Virus record (IMG/VR): IMGVR_UViG_3300045988_165036
Span: 70,153-134,152 of that record
DNA: 64,000 nucleotides
Direction: 5' to 3' (one strand)
Origin: a virus
The number at the start of each line of letters is the position of its first letter. Position 1 is the first letter of the stretch. The notes beneath the pieces were generated by a model. The model had not been told where the DNA came from and ran no database searches. It saw nothing but the letters and a program-made list of their open reading frames with translations. Both the position numbers and the translations under genes were made by a program. Positions 10,059 to 20,107 of this stretch are shown here, piece by piece.

Positions 10059-10368
10059 ATCAAGAAAACGCATAATGCACGAATTACGAATTGAAAACGA
10101 AAGACTTAAAGCCTCACTGCGGGGGTGCCGTGAAGAGCTATTCGGATATAAGCAAATGTATGATATACGAGAAATTAGCGGTGCCGTCCTTGTGCCGAAT
10201 TATGTGAGCGACGAAGAAAGGCAACAATATTTCAACCGATTCAAAATGGAAATGTCTCACAAAATTTGCGACTATGCTGATAGCAAAATACGCATCACAC
10301 GGATTGGCGAAGAGCCTTTCTTGGATTGCGTTAGATATGAAGCCAATGTCAAACTGGCGCTATTTTGA
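10039..10368 (+). CDS. Hypothetical protein
   Basis: ORF co-oriented in the operon. Confidence 0.5.
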   Translation: MKKMRNKSRKRIMHELRIENERLKASLRGCREELFGYKQMYDIREISGAVLVPNYVSDEERQQYFNRFKMEMSHKICDYADSKIRITRIGEEPFLDCVRYEANVKLALF

Positions 10369-10380
10369 TGGCGGGATAAA

Positions 10381-10692
10381 ATGTCTAATTATATTGATAG
10401 AGACCTTGCAATTGAAATGATAACAAATGATGCGCCCGACCTTGTTTATTATAACAAAAAAGATGCAGTAGATTGCCTTAAATGCGTTCCGCTTGCAGAT
10501 GTGGAAGAAGTGCGACATGCTAAGTGGATTTATAAAGGTCATCACGAGATGATGGGTCACGCATTTCAATGTTCTGCGTGTGAGCGATAGATGTTTACTA
10601 ATTCTCCAAACCACGTTGTCGAAGAATACCCCTATTGTCATTGTGGTGCGAAGATGGAAGACATCCAAGGATTTGGAGAAAACTATGATTGA
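10381..10692 (+). pseudogene. Zn-ribbon paralog with an in-frame TAG at 10588-10590
   Basis: ..FQCSACER*MFTNSPNHVVEEYPYCHCGAKM aligns to VECTNCHH..FCPACGAKM of the 9453 gene. The second Cys pair lies after the TAG. Confidence 0.5.
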
Positions 10693-10915
10693 TGAAGTAA
10701 GAGCTAAGAAAATTGTTGATGAGCTTGATAAGAGCTATCCAATGTTGGACTATCAAAAAGAATTGATGATAAATATACTAGTTAATGAACGCCCCGACTA
10801 TTCCTCTTATATTTTAAAGATGCAAAAACTTAATTTGTTATATCTACAATATGTAAATAATATATTGTGTAAATCATTATTATTTAACAGAAAAGGAGAC
10901 AAACGAAATGGATAA
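10685..10915 (+). CDS. Hypothetical protein
   Basis: ATGA overlap; start MIDEVRAKK. Confidence 0.5.
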   Translation: MIDEVRAKKIVDELDKSYPMLDYQKELMINILVNERPDYSSYILKMQKLNLLYLQYVNNILCKSLLFNRKGDKRNG

Positions 10916-11177
10916 TCAGAAATTTGTAGAACTTGCAAAAAAGGCTGTTGCAGATTATTTTAACAGCCACAAAGAAATTACCGACGAAGGTCGGCTAACG
11001 CCAGACGACGTCTATGTCGTATGGTTGTGTAAAACACTTCAAAACAACAAGGCTCTTTTGAGCACAAATGTTTGGGATGGCATGTATTACGAAGCAACAT
11101 ATAACGGTGATAAAAACGAAATGTATTTGGATGCCTACAAAAAATGGGACAACAAGTGTATTAAAAACGAAGAGTAA
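10908..11177 (+). CDS. Hypothetical protein
   Basis: ORF with GGAG RBS. Confidence 0.55.
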   Translation: MDNQKFVELAKKAVADYFNSHKEITDEGRLTPDDVYVVWLCKTLQNNKALLSTNVWDGMYYEATYNGDKNEMYLDAYKKWDNKCIKNEE

Positions 11178-11219
11178 ATAAAACTATAATTTCATTAGCA
11201 AGAAAGGAGAACAATTAAG

Positions 11220-11447
11220 ATGGATGTGCATTTTCCATGCAGTTTCGGGGATACGGTTTACTATATTTCCGAAGTTGACAATACGACAATAAAAGAAGCC
11301 GTCGTTAGAGGGTTCCGCTTTTATCAATATTATACATTATATGATGTGTATGATAAAGAAGAAAATCGCTATTTTGTACTTGAATCCGATGAAATATATT
11401 TTACGAAAGAAGAAGCAGAAGAGGCTCTCGAAGAAGGAGAACAATAA
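11220..11447 (+). CDS. Hypothetical protein. Its 3' part is duplicated as a fragment at 15378-15485.
   Basis: ORF with AAGGAG RBS. Confidence 0.55.
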   Translation: MDVHFPCSFGDTVYYISEVDNTTIKEAVVRGFRFYQYYTLYDVYDKEENRYFVLESDEIYFTKEEAEEALEEGEQ

Positions 11448-11449
11448 TT

Positions 11450-11701
11450 ATGGAATACAAAAAGACAAAACTCCCATTTGTATTGGGAAGAAAATACAAT
11501 AATCTTCTAAAAGATTATGAAGATGTGGTTTATAAGCTTGAAACTTTGTTGCTTACAGTAACCGGGAAGCTTTCAAAATCTACCTACCCGATCGATGTGA
11601 TGCTGTCTGAATCAATTCGACACACAGAAGAGTTGGTCGACGAGGCAGTTGAAAGAGTTCTGAAAGAAAGTTTGGAGGTCGATGATGGCGACACAAACTA
11701 A
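11450..11701 (+). CDS. Hypothetical protein
   Basis: ORF tightly packed in the operon. Confidence 0.5.
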   Translation: MEYKKTKLPFVLGRKYNNLLKDYEDVVYKLETLLLTVTGKLSKSTYPIDVMLSESIRHTEELVDEAVERVLKESLEVDDGDTN

Positions 11702-12725
11702 AAAATCATACCAGCAGCCAAAATTCTCATATTCTCGAACGGAAGTATATGAGAATTGTCCCTACCGATATTATCTTCAATATGTGAAAGGGCATTATAT
11801 TCCGGTAACAAGTCTTGCAATTTCATACGGACAAATTGTCCACAAAATAAATCAGCTCCAAACCGAGATGCTTCTCGCCGGGAAACCCATCGACTATCCG
11901 ATGCTGAAAGATTATTTCCAAAATGTGAACATTCCAAAGAAAAGTCCGAAAGACAAGGATGGAGATATTTTCGGAGTAAACATTCTTCGACGGATGTTCC
12001 CCGACGATTGGGAGGCTCTCGACAAAACAGGAAGAACATTCGAAGAGAAGGCACAAGCGTTTTTGGAAAGAGGGATTTATCGGCAAGAAGAGTATCTTGC
12101 AGAACATCCGGAACTCAAACTTTTTGCCGCAGAAATGCCGTTTGAATATTACTTCGACAAAGTTCTTTTCACGGGTTCAATTGACCGCGTTCTTCGATGC
12201 CGCGATGACCCGAAGCACTTTGTAATCCACGACCTAAAGACAAGTGCGGAAGCATATGACGAGAAGAAGCTGGCAAGTCCCCGACAGATGTGGGTTTATG
12301 TCGGGGCGCTAAAGGAGCGGTTTGGGGATGACATTCAAGTTGATTGTGAATACGAATTCCCGGTAGCGGAAGAAACGCGGAGGGCTGGAACTAAGGGTTG
12401 GGAGAAGCGTTGCGGAACGAAGATGCGAAAAATACTGGATAATATTTTCAACGAAAACTGGACGGCGCACCCGTCTCCGCTGTGCTTCTACTGCGCGTTT
12501 TGTAATAACAATCCGAATCAACCGGCAGGAGCGGTGAATCTTTGCCCGTATTATAGTCTCTGGACTCCACAGGATAGATCGTTTGCTGTTCGGCTCCCGT
12601 GGCAAGGAATTGAGATGGATGAAATTCAGCACAAAAAACTTGAACAGCTCGAAGCGCTGGATAACGAGTTCGCCGACAAAATTGAAGAAGAAGCGGCGGA
12701 ACTGGATGATGATTGGGACCTCTAA
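11682..12725 (+). CDS. Cas4/RecB-like PD-(D/E)XK exonuclease with a Cys cluster
   Basis: N-terminal YENCPYRYYLQYV, GSIDRV..IHDLKTS, C-terminal CFYCAFC...CPYY. Confidence 0.7.
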   Translation: MMATQTKKSYQQPKFSYSRTEVYENCPYRYYLQYVKGHYIPVTSLAISYGQIVHKINQLQTEMLLAGKPIDYPMLKDYFQNVNIPKKSPKDKDGDIFGVNILRRMFPDDWEALDKTGRTFEEKAQAFLERGIYRQEEYLAEHPELKLFAAEMPFEYYFDKVLFTGSIDRVLRCRDDPKHFVIHDLKTSAEAYDEKKLASPRQMWVYVGALKERFGDDIQVDCEYEFPVAEETRRAGTKGWEKRCGTKMRKILDNIFNENWTAHPSPLCFYCAFCNNNPNQPAGAVNLCPYYSLWTPQDRSFAVRLPWQGIEMDEIQHKKLEQLEALDNEFADKIEEEAAELDDDWDL

Positions 12726-12758
12726 AAAAAATAATTTAAAGAAATTTTTGAAAACCTC

Positions 12759-12787
12759 TTGACTTTTCTTATAAAGTGTAGTATAAT
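12759..12787 (+). promoter_or_regulatory. sigmaA-type promoter TTGACT-17-TATAAT
   Basis: Hexamers and spacer read directly. Confidence 0.55.
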
Positions 12788-12820
12788 ATAGTCAAGAAAA
12801 AAAGAGAGAGGTAAAGTAAA

Positions 12821-13345
12821 ATGGCTGAGGTAATTTTTTGCAAGTGTGGACACATCCATGTTGTATCGGATGAGCAGATCGATAAGGCAATTGCAAACAA
12901 CAAAGACCATTTGCTTATTTGTGCTGCCTGTGGGGCAACCTATGCAATTGGAGCTGATTATATGGGTTCTGAGGAAGGATACTACATGCATAGATATAAT
13001 CTCAATGAAGGAGAAATAATGTCTCCTGATAACATCAAGGAACGTTTCAGTGAAGTTGTTTATTCCAAGGGCTATGCGGTTCCCATGATGAACGGTTGCT
13101 TGGCGAATTATTATTTCGACGGAAGATTTTCTGACACAAGTGCACTCACGACAATCGAAATTAAGCATCGGATGTTTCAGGACCAGATTTCGTTTGAGGA
13201 AGCATTTAAACGAATTAACAAGGACAGATGTACTGTTAACATGAAACTGTTTATTTGCTGGACTCCTGATTCTGTGCTTAAGTGGTTGTGTTCGTATCAT
13301 ATCAAGGGATTCAACTGGTGTGGCACTGAATACGACGAGAAGTAA
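12821..13345 (+). CDS. Hypothetical Zn-ribbon protein, tandem paralog A
   Basis: FCKCGHIHVVS..LLICAACGA; C-terminal ..HIKGFNWCGTEYDEK. Confidence 0.6.
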   Translation: MAEVIFCKCGHIHVVSDEQIDKAIANNKDHLLICAACGATYAIGADYMGSEEGYYMHRYNLNEGEIMSPDNIKERFSEVVYSKGYAVPMMNGCLANYYFDGRFSDTSALTTIEIKHRMFQDQISFEEAFKRINKDRCTVNMKLFICWTPDSVLKWLCSYHIKGFNWCGTEYDEK

Positions 13346-13375
13346 ACTTTAAAAAAGAGAAAGAGGTAAGATAAA

Positions 13376-13855
13376 ATGTTTCAAGATGATGTTCTTTTCT
13401 GCGGCTGCGGCCACATTCATGTTGTATCTGGAAAGGATTATTCCGATGCTGTCGAAGCAGGCAAAGAGAATCTCCTGATCTGTGGTAACTGCGGGGCGAT
13501 GTACATTCATGGTGCAGAGGAGGTCGAGGGCGGCTATTCTCTGTATCGACACGAACTCCCTCAGAATCTCATGACAAGCGAAAACAACTACTCCACAGAC
13601 CTCACTGATTACCTGAAGAGATTTTATAAGGTGAACTATTCGGTGTGTTATGGTGTTCCGATGACCACTGGTTATTTCGCGGATACGCTTTTCTGTGGAA
13701 GCTTTCTCGACAATACGCACGATGATAATAACCAGCGGGTCGATATGACGAGGTTTCTTCAAATAACTCCCGACCACGTTCTCAAGATGGTAAGTCAATA
13801 CTACATCAGAGCCTTCAACTGGTCGAATACGAAATACGAACGGAAGACAGTATAA
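13376..13855 (+). CDS. Hypothetical Zn-ribbon protein, tandem paralog B
   Basis: FCGCGHIHVVS..LLICGNCGA; C-terminal ..YIRAFNWSNTKYERK. Same leader and RBS pattern as paralog A. Confidence 0.6.
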   Translation: MFQDDVLFCGCGHIHVVSGKDYSDAVEAGKENLLICGNCGAMYIHGAEEVEGGYSLYRHELPQNLMTSENNYSTDLTDYLKRFYKVNYSVCYGVPMTTGYFADTLFCGSFLDNTHDDNNQRVDMTRFLQITPDHVLKMVSQYYIRAFNWSNTKYERKTV

Positions 13856-13914
13856 GAAATACTAAAAATTAGAGTTTGTGGAAAACCTCTTCAAAACCAC
13901 GGAGAGGAAATATT

Positions 13915-14292
13915 ATGCTTACCACTTACAAAACTGCTGAACAGAAATATCTTTTCGAAGCCTACGCGAACGAAGAAGGATTCATCACTCAAGAAACCGT
14001 CGACAAGCTCTCCGATATGCTTTCCGATGATGTCTATGTTCGTCCGGAAGGAGGATGTGACTACAAGACGAAGGCGACCAATGCAGAAAAGAAGTTCCTT
14101 GCGCAGCTTCTCGGAGCTGGACTCTTGGCAATCAGAGACGGAGGCGAATTCTATTCGGTTGCGAATGCTCTTGAATATATGTTCGTGCGTTGGAACTCCG
14201 ACAGCAAGGGAAGACATCTGAACAGTTATTTGACTTTCTACTGTCCTCTCGCAAGACTGTGCGGAAGAGGGGAGAAAGAAAATGAAAAATAA
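13915..14292 (+). CDS. Hypothetical protein
   Basis: ATG after a GGAGAGG RBS. Confidence 0.5.
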   Translation: MLTTYKTAEQKYLFEAYANEEGFITQETVDKLSDMLSDDVYVRPEGGCDYKTKATNAEKKFLAQLLGAGLLAIRDGGEFYSVANALEYMFVRWNSDSKGRHLNSYLTFYCPLARLCGRGEKENEK

Positions 14293-14578
14293 AGGATTGA
14301 AGAGGGTAAGCAGGAGGCGTCTTAAGCAGATATATCCTAATAAGAAGCTTTCCATAGGACTTTCCTATTATGTCGGAATGACGACCGAACTGGAGTATGT
14401 ATTGATCGCCAAGATGAATTTCTTCGGAGGATTGATTACTATTCTTGGAGCTCCTGTTTTTATTCTGATTGAAGGAGTAGCGTCTTATAAGGAGACCCTT
14501 TTGTCTGACATTCATCGTGAGGAGTCCTGTACTATCCTCCAGGAAAATTACGAAAGATTGTTGAATAAAAGACTCTGA
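14282..14578 (+). CDS. Hypothetical membrane protein
   Basis: Hydrophobic segment FFGGLITILGAPVFILI. Confidence 0.45.
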   Translation: MKNKGLKRVSRRRLKQIYPNKKLSIGLSYYVGMTTELEYVLIAKMNFFGGLITILGAPVFILIEGVASYKETLLSDIHREESCTILQENYERLLNKRL

Positions 14579-14696
14579 GTTGAGACAGACTGAGTTCTTT
14601 TTGATGAGAAGAGGCGGAGGATGCTTCTCCTTCAAACAAAAATATTTTTTCAAAAGAAAGTTTTATTAAGAAAGAACAAGGAGGAACAACCTCACA

Positions 14697-14993
14697 ATGA
14701 CGAATATTTACGAGGCGTGCGACGGCAGACAATTTACCGACTATAAAACCGCTACAGACTACGAAACTTTATTACAAACTTTTGTGCTTTTCACCGATGA
14801 TGGAGATATTACCTTCGGTCTTGGTGCTGCGATGTATCTTTTTTGCCCTACGGTTGATAGTATTAACAACTTTAATCATTGCTATAAAGATAGACTGTCT
14901 CGTCTCATCGATGATAGAGTACCGGGGCTATATATTAAACAAGAGGGATGTTTTATGGATCCGATTTTTGTAAAGATGTCTTCGAATGAATAA
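14697..14993 (+). CDS. Hypothetical protein
   Basis: AAGGAGG RBS. Confidence 0.5.
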   Translation: MTNIYEACDGRQFTDYKTATDYETLLQTFVLFTDDGDITFGLGAAMYLFCPTVDSINNFNHCYKDRLSRLIDDRVPGLYIKQEGCFMDPIFVKMSSNE

Positions 14994-15050
14994 GTTGTTT
15001 TAGTTCGGCACAGTCTATTAAACATTAAAAATTAGAAAAGGAGAAGTTTT

Positions 15051-15194
15051 ATGAAAATTGTTTTGATTTGCTTAGCATCGCTAATTCTTGTTACGGTTTT
15101 GCTTTTTTTAATAGCCTGCTGTATGGTATCGGGAAGGTGCTCGAAGCAGGAAGAACTAAGGAATAGGATGACCGAGTATGAGGAGACTTTTTAA
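15051..15194 (+). CDS. Small membrane protein (47 aa), below the ORF-track cutoff
   Basis: AAGGAGAAG RBS; MKIVLICLASLILVTVLLFLIACC. Confidence 0.45.
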   Translation: MKIVLICLASLILVTVLLFLIACCMVSGRCSKQEELRNRMTEYEETF

Positions 15195-15377
15195 TTATTT
15201 CTTAGAGTGGTATTATAGAGAATGCTATGCTTGCAGATATAGGCATCGATGGGATGCGTGTTACGAATGCAAGTGTCGAGGAAAACATTCGCTGTGGCGA
15301 CGAAAATAGCTTCCTTTGAAGGATATAGATCATAAAAAAGAAAGGAAGATGGTTTTTATTATGAACAGAAATAATAA

Positions 15378-15485
15378 AATTTTTCAGAATATGATGTGTA
15401 TAATAAAGAAGAAGATGACTACTTTGTATTGGAATCAGACAACATATATTTTACGAGGGAAGAAGCGAAAGGAGAATTAAAATGA
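15378..15485 (+). pseudogene. Start-less fragment duplicating the C-terminus of the 11220-11447 gene
   Basis: EYDVYNKEEDDYFVLESDNIYFTREEA compared with YDVYDKEENRYFVLESDEIYFTKEEA. An in-frame TAA lies just upstream and there is no start codon. Confidence 0.55.
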
Positions 15486-15730
15486 ACGAAGCCTATCTTG
15501 TCGTGAAAGGGAGGAAAGAAATGAGTAAATGTGATTGCTATCAATTTGAAACCAAAAGACGCTATTTATCAAACATTGACAAAATAACTTACACATTGGC
15601 CACTGAAAGGCTTGCGCCCGAATATATTGATGAAGAAGTTGGTGTTTGTTATGGCACTAAAGAAAAAGATGTTTGTAATTGCGGTGGAGATTGGAGAGTA
15701 TTGGGGAACAGATCCGATTTATTATGTTGA
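15482..15730 (+). CDS. Hypothetical Cys-rich protein
   Basis: ORF from the track. Confidence 0.4.
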   Translation: MNEAYLVVKGRKEMSKCDCYQFETKRRYLSNIDKITYTLATERLAPEYIDEEVGVCYGTKEKDVCNCGGDWRVLGNRSDLLC

Positions 15731-15813
15731 CTCTAAAAACAAGGAAGAAGACGGAGCGGCGAAATTGTGTTGTAAAATTCTGGAAGCAATTCGGGTGTCA
15801 CGGGGAGGAATCG

Positions 15814-16125
15814 ATGGAGAAAATTCTTGAAAACACGCCAGAAACACACGAATATCTCGAATCGCTTCCAAAGATTTATATGATCGCCTGTTGGGCGGGA
15901 TATGGTGTTCGAGAATTTCCATTCGCTGGAAAGTATACGATAGATGGTATTCCGTTTGTGTGGATATATGACGACTGTAACGGGACTTGCGATTGTTATT
16001 TCGTGCGCAAATTAACTCACACAACAACCGGCTGGATTTATGCTTGGACGACAAGCAAGAGTCGCGCTGAAGAGATTGCGAGGGCATTAAATGAGGTTGC
16101 AGGGGAAGGTTGGAGGAATCAATGA
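15814..16125 (+). CDS. Hypothetical protein
   Basis: ATG after a GGGGAGGA RBS. Confidence 0.5.
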   Translation: MEKILENTPETHEYLESLPKIYMIACWAGYGVREFPFAGKYTIDGIPFVWIYDDCNGTCDCYFVRKLTHTTTGWIYAWTTSKSRAEEIARALNEVAGEGWRNQ

Positions 16126-16234
16126 TGTCAATTATCTTGTCTTCAATTGCTATCGTTTCATCTGTCGTTTCACTTTTCATTGTGCTTTCGATAGATCGAG
16201 ATAACGAGAATTAAATTATTTTTTCAAAAAGCCC

Positions 16235-16263
16235 TTGACAACTGAGGGCTTTTGTGGTATACT
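16235..16263 (+). promoter_or_regulatory. sigmaA-type promoter TTGACA-17-TATACT inside an AAAAGCCC/GGGCTTTT hairpin (16227-16253)
   Basis: Read directly. Confidence 0.6.
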
Positions 16264-16432
16264 GTTTCCAGAAAGAAAAAGGAGTAAGTACAATGTGTAA
16301 AAATATCTCAACAAACAACATTCTTTACAAAAATTTAGATGTTTCTACTCCTATCACAACAGAAGTGATTTTACCAAAAGATATGGTGATTTTTATACCA
16401 GAAGATTCGTTTGCAAAGGAAAGGGGATTAAA

Positions 16433-18772
16433 GTGTCAACAAGTAGAATTATCGTCGAGGGGTTTGTAAATAAGCAAATCTTTCCTCGGACAAAAGTAAA
16501 AAGTGGCGATTTCGCCATATTTACGTTTTCACCGGAAAGTGTAATCGGCGAAATCGACAAGCGGGCTAAAAATCCAAAATATAGAACCGACGATATAACA
16601 TTTAAGGGTCGTGTCCCCGAACTCGATGGCGGAACAAGATATAAAATAACCGCAGACCTCAAGCAGGACGCAAAATATGGCTGGCAGTATGATATCGTCA
16701 GCATTAACTCCGTTGTTAAACTCGACACAGAGGCAGATGTTAGAAAGTTTCTCGGTTATGTTTTTACGGAAAATCAAATCAACGCACTATACGAAGCATA
16801 TCCGAACCCCGTTGAGATTCTGGAGCGCGGAGATATCGAGGCGCTGTGTAAAATCAAGGGAATCAAAGAGGCAAAAGCAGAAAAGCTTTTAAGTAAGTAT
16901 AATGCCTCCAAAGATAGTAGTAAGGCATATATGACACTGTCGGAGTTTGGGCTGTCAAAGGCAACCATAAACCGTTTGGTTGAACATTATGGCTCCGCAG
17001 ATATTCTCGCCGAAAAAGTAAAAAATAACCCATACGCACTGATTGGAGAGGGCGTTCGAATCGGCTGGTCGAAGGCGGACGGTATGGCGTTGCGAAAAGG
17101 AATCCCAACAAATTCTCAGTTTCGAATTAACGCATATGCGCTGTATTATTTGAGAAACCTTGCGGAGCTTGACGGTCACACGTGGGTTCCGTTAGAAGCT
17201 CTTGGTTCCGGCATTAAAGGATTGTCCACAGATATCTCCACCGAAATGGTAAAAAGAGAACTTCAAGGAATGGTCGAAAACAAAACGCTGTTTTACGACA
17301 GGGAGACAAAGCGAATCGGACTTATGAAATATCGAAAGCTCGAAGAGATGATTTGTCGCGAGCTTTTGAGACTTCAGGACGCAGAGTGTCGCAAAATGGA
17401 GTTCGTTGAAGAGACAATCGCGGAGTGCGAGGAAACCGTTGGTTTCCAATATACCGAAGAACAGAAAGATGCGATACGAAATTTAGTGAATAAAAACGTC
17501 ATTTTAATGACGGCTCTCGGAGGTAGTGGCAAGACAACGTTGATGTATCCAGTCTCTCGGATCTTCAGAAGGAATGGATTAGGTTTCGAAATCTGCGCTC
17601 TCTCTGGGAAAGCATCGCTAAACCTTCATGAGATCACGAAAGAAGATGGTAAAACAATTCATCGCCTTCTTGGATGGAATCCAAAGTTCGGTGGACCGAC
17701 CTTCACAAAGAAAAATCCTCTAAAAACCGATGTCGTTATTTTGGACGAAGTTTCAATGGTCGGTGGAGAGTTGTTTTATTCGTTAATTTCTGCGATTCCC
17801 GATGGCGGTCGTCTGATTATGCTGGGAGACCCCGGGCAGTTGGAGTCAATTGGTTTGTGTAACCTGATTTCAGATATTCAAAACTCTAGGAAGATAACAA
17901 ACGTAAAACTGACAAAGATATTTCGTCAGGCGCAGCGCTCAGGGATAATCACGGACTCTCACAAGGTTTATAATCAAGTTCCAATTATCCCGCAGAAGTT
18001 CCACGGAGAAGAAATCCACGGAGAGCTAAAAGATCTAAAAATCATAACAAAGTCTTCTTCTGAAGAATGCCTCGAAACAATCAAAAGAGAGTTTAAGCGA
18101 CTTTACTTCGACGAGAATATTCCGATCGAAGACATTTTGATTCTTTCCGCAAAGCGTTCAATGGGAGATTTGTCTGGACTGTCAATCAACCACGAAATTC
18201 AGAGTATGATTCAATTCGAGGACGAAAACCCGCTAAAAATCACATATTCTGATGAAATCAAATATGATGTATTGTATCACGTTGGTGATAGAGTGATTGT
18301 GATGAAAAACAATTATGAGGCAAAAACACCAGAAGGAAATACAATAGAAATTTTTAATGGAAACATCGGTACAGTAATTGCTAAAGATAATTTCCGCCGA
18401 CAACTCGTTGTTCGTCTCACTCAAGGAGATGTCATCATTGAGGGAGATATGTTGCTTGAACTTCAACTCGGATATGCAATTTCTTGCCACCGAGCGCAAG
18501 GTTCCGGTTTTCCATACGTCATTGTGGCGTGCGACCCCGTGGCGTATCAACTTCTCACAAAGCAATGGTTGTATACGGCACTGTCGAGAGCAAAGAAGTA
18601 TTGTGTTCTTGTTGGGACAGACAAATCAATCAATCAGTGTATTAAAACAGACAGGGTGACAAGAAAATCAACGTGGCTTGCAGAGTTGCTGATGTTCCCC
18701 GAAAGAATTTGTTGTATTCGGATGACGGATTCAACGCAAGACGAAAGAATTCAAATAGATATGGAGGATTAA
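16433..18772 (+). CDS. RecD2-like SF1 DNA helicase
   Basis: Walker A LGGSGKTT, Walker B VILDEVSMV, GDPGQLESI, FRQ, CHRAQGSGF, LYTALSRAKK. Confidence 0.85.
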   Translation: MSTSRIIVEGFVNKQIFPRTKVKSGDFAIFTFSPESVIGEIDKRAKNPKYRTDDITFKGRVPELDGGTRYKITADLKQDAKYGWQYDIVSINSVVKLDTEADVRKFLGYVFTENQINALYEAYPNPVEILERGDIEALCKIKGIKEAKAEKLLSKYNASKDSSKAYMTLSEFGLSKATINRLVEHYGSADILAEKVKNNPYALIGEGVRIGWSKADGMALRKGIPTNSQFRINAYALYYLRNLAELDGHTWVPLEALGSGIKGLSTDISTEMVKRELQGMVENKTLFYDRETKRIGLMKYRKLEEMICRELLRLQDAECRKMEFVEETIAECEETVGFQYTEEQKDAIRNLVNKNVILMTALGGSGKTTLMYPVSRIFRRNGLGFEICALSGKASLNLHEITKEDGKTIHRLLGWNPKFGGPTFTKKNPLKTDVVILDEVSMVGGELFYSLISAIPDGGRLIMLGDPGQLESIGLCNLISDIQNSRKITNVKLTKIFRQAQRSGIITDSHKVYNQVPIIPQKFHGEEIHGELKDLKIITKSSSEECLETIKREFKRLYFDENIPIEDILILSAKRSMGDLSGLSINHEIQSMIQFEDENPLKITYSDEIKYDVLYHVGDRVIVMKNNYEAKTPEGNTIEIFNGNIGTVIAKDNFRRQLVVRLTQGDVIIEGDMLLELQLGYAISCHRAQGSGFPYVIVACDPVAYQLLTKQWLYTALSRAKKYCVLVGTDKSINQCIKTDRVTRKSTWLAELLMFPERICCIRMTDSTQDERIQIDMED

Positions 18773-18816
18773 TCGATGCTAATAATTTATATGGAGCGCA
18801 AGAGCACCCGTGGCTT

Positions 18817-20107
18817 TAGTCGTGGGATGAATTGCGCTTAGAATGTTATAAATTAAACAATATATTAAAAATCAAAAAGGAGGTGAAGGGCGTGGAAAAG
18901 GCTTATAAATACCGCATATACCCAAACGAACGGCAAAAAGAAATAATTGCAAAAACATTTGGTTGTTGCCGATTTGTATATAACAAATATCTTGCAGAAA
19001 AGATTGAATTATATAAAACCGAAAAGAAAAACATAACATATGTTAAATGTGCAAAAGCAATGTCTGAATTGAAAAACGAGCTTGAATGGCTTACGGAAGT
19101 CGATTCCACGGCTCTTCAATCCTCGTTAAAAGACTTAGATAACGCTTATAAAAAATTTTTCAAAGAACATGCGGGTTATCCAAAATTCAAAAGCAAGAAA
19201 GATAATCATAAGTCTTACAAATCTAAATACACAAATGGTAATATAGAATATCTGAACAACCACATTAAACTACCGAAACTTGGTTTGGTAAAAACGAGAA
19301 ACAAGTTAATACCGCAAGGAAGGATAGTTAATGCAACAATATCACAAGAACCAACTGGAAAGTATTTTGTATCGTTGTGTTGTGTGGGCGTGAATATTCA
19401 GCCATTACCAACCACAAACAATTTGGTCGGTATAGATTTGGGGATTAAAGAATTCTGTATAACCAGTGATGGTGAGCTTGTGAACAACCCGAAATATCTT
19501 AAACAATCTCTTGACAAGCTTGCGAAAGTGCAGAGAGAACTATCTCGAAAAACAAAAGGTGGCTCTAACCGCAATAAAGCAAGAATAAAAGTTGCGAGAT
19601 TGTACGAGAAGGTTTCTAATCAACGAAGAGACTTTTTGCAAAAACTTTCAACGCAAATAATAAAAGAAAATGACATGATTTGTCTCGAAGATTTGCAAGT
19701 TAAGAATATGGTTAAAAACCATAAACTTGCACGAGCAATCAACGATGTTTCTTGGTCGGAGTTTGTAAGAGAATTAGAATATAAAGCTCGTTGGTATGGA
19801 AGGACGGTAATTAAAGTCAGCAAATTCTTTCCGAGTTCACAGACTTGCAGTATTTGCGGTTGTAAAAATGCAGAAACAAAAAGTCTTAAGGTTAGAGAGT
19901 GGGATTGCCCCGTTTGTCACGCACACCATGACAGAGATGTAAATGCGGCGATAAATATTTTAAACGAAGGATTAAATGTTTGGCGGAATGAGAAAAATAT
20001 GTTATAATACAAACAACCGTTGGGACAACGGGGATAGCTTGGTAAATATTTCGACAGTGGTCGGAAATTCCCAAGAATCTCACGACTAAAGTCGCGAGAG
20101 GTTCAAC
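18817..20107 (+). mobile_element. IS200/IS605-type TnpB-only element (copy 2). Ends are inferred.
   Basis: Left-end hairpin CCCGTGGCtttaGTCGTGGG; right-end hairpin TCTCACGACtaaaGTCGCGAGA followed by GGTTCAAC. The left end is conserved with copy 3. Confidence 0.55.
18892..20007 (+). CDS. tnpB: TnpB RNA-guided nuclease, copy 2 (GTG start after GGAGG)
   Basis: [20 protein letters not shown]; [24 protein letters not shown]; CSICG..CPVC. Confidence 0.9.
   Translation: MEKAYKYRIYPNERQKEIIAKTFGCCRFVYNKYLAEKIELYKTEKKNITYVKCAKAMSELKNELEWLTEVDSTALQSSLKDLDNAYKKFFKEHAGYPKFKSKKDNHKSYKSKYTNGNIEYLNNHIKLPKLGLVKTRNKLIPQGRIVNATISQEPTGKYFVSLCCVGVNIQPLPTTNNLVGIDLGIKEFCITSDGELVNNPKYLKQSLDKLAKVQRELSRKTKGGSNRNKARIKVARLYEKVSNQRRDFLQKLSTQIIKENDMICLEDLQVKNMVKNHKLARAINDVSWSEFVRELEYKARWYGRTVIKVSKFFPSSQTCSICGCKNAETKSLKVREWDCPVCHAHHDRDVNAAINILNEGLNVWRNEKNML

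Noticed and set aside
12782-12795. TAATATAGTC resembling the group I J8/7-P7 string
   Set aside because: It is simply the -10 region of the 12759 promoter. There is no interrupted gene or other intron elements around it.
12722-13798. Minus-strand ORFs 12722-13300 and 13349-13798
   Set aside because: They are antisense shadows of the two tandem Zn-ribbon paralogs, which each have a promoter and RBS and are mutually homologous.
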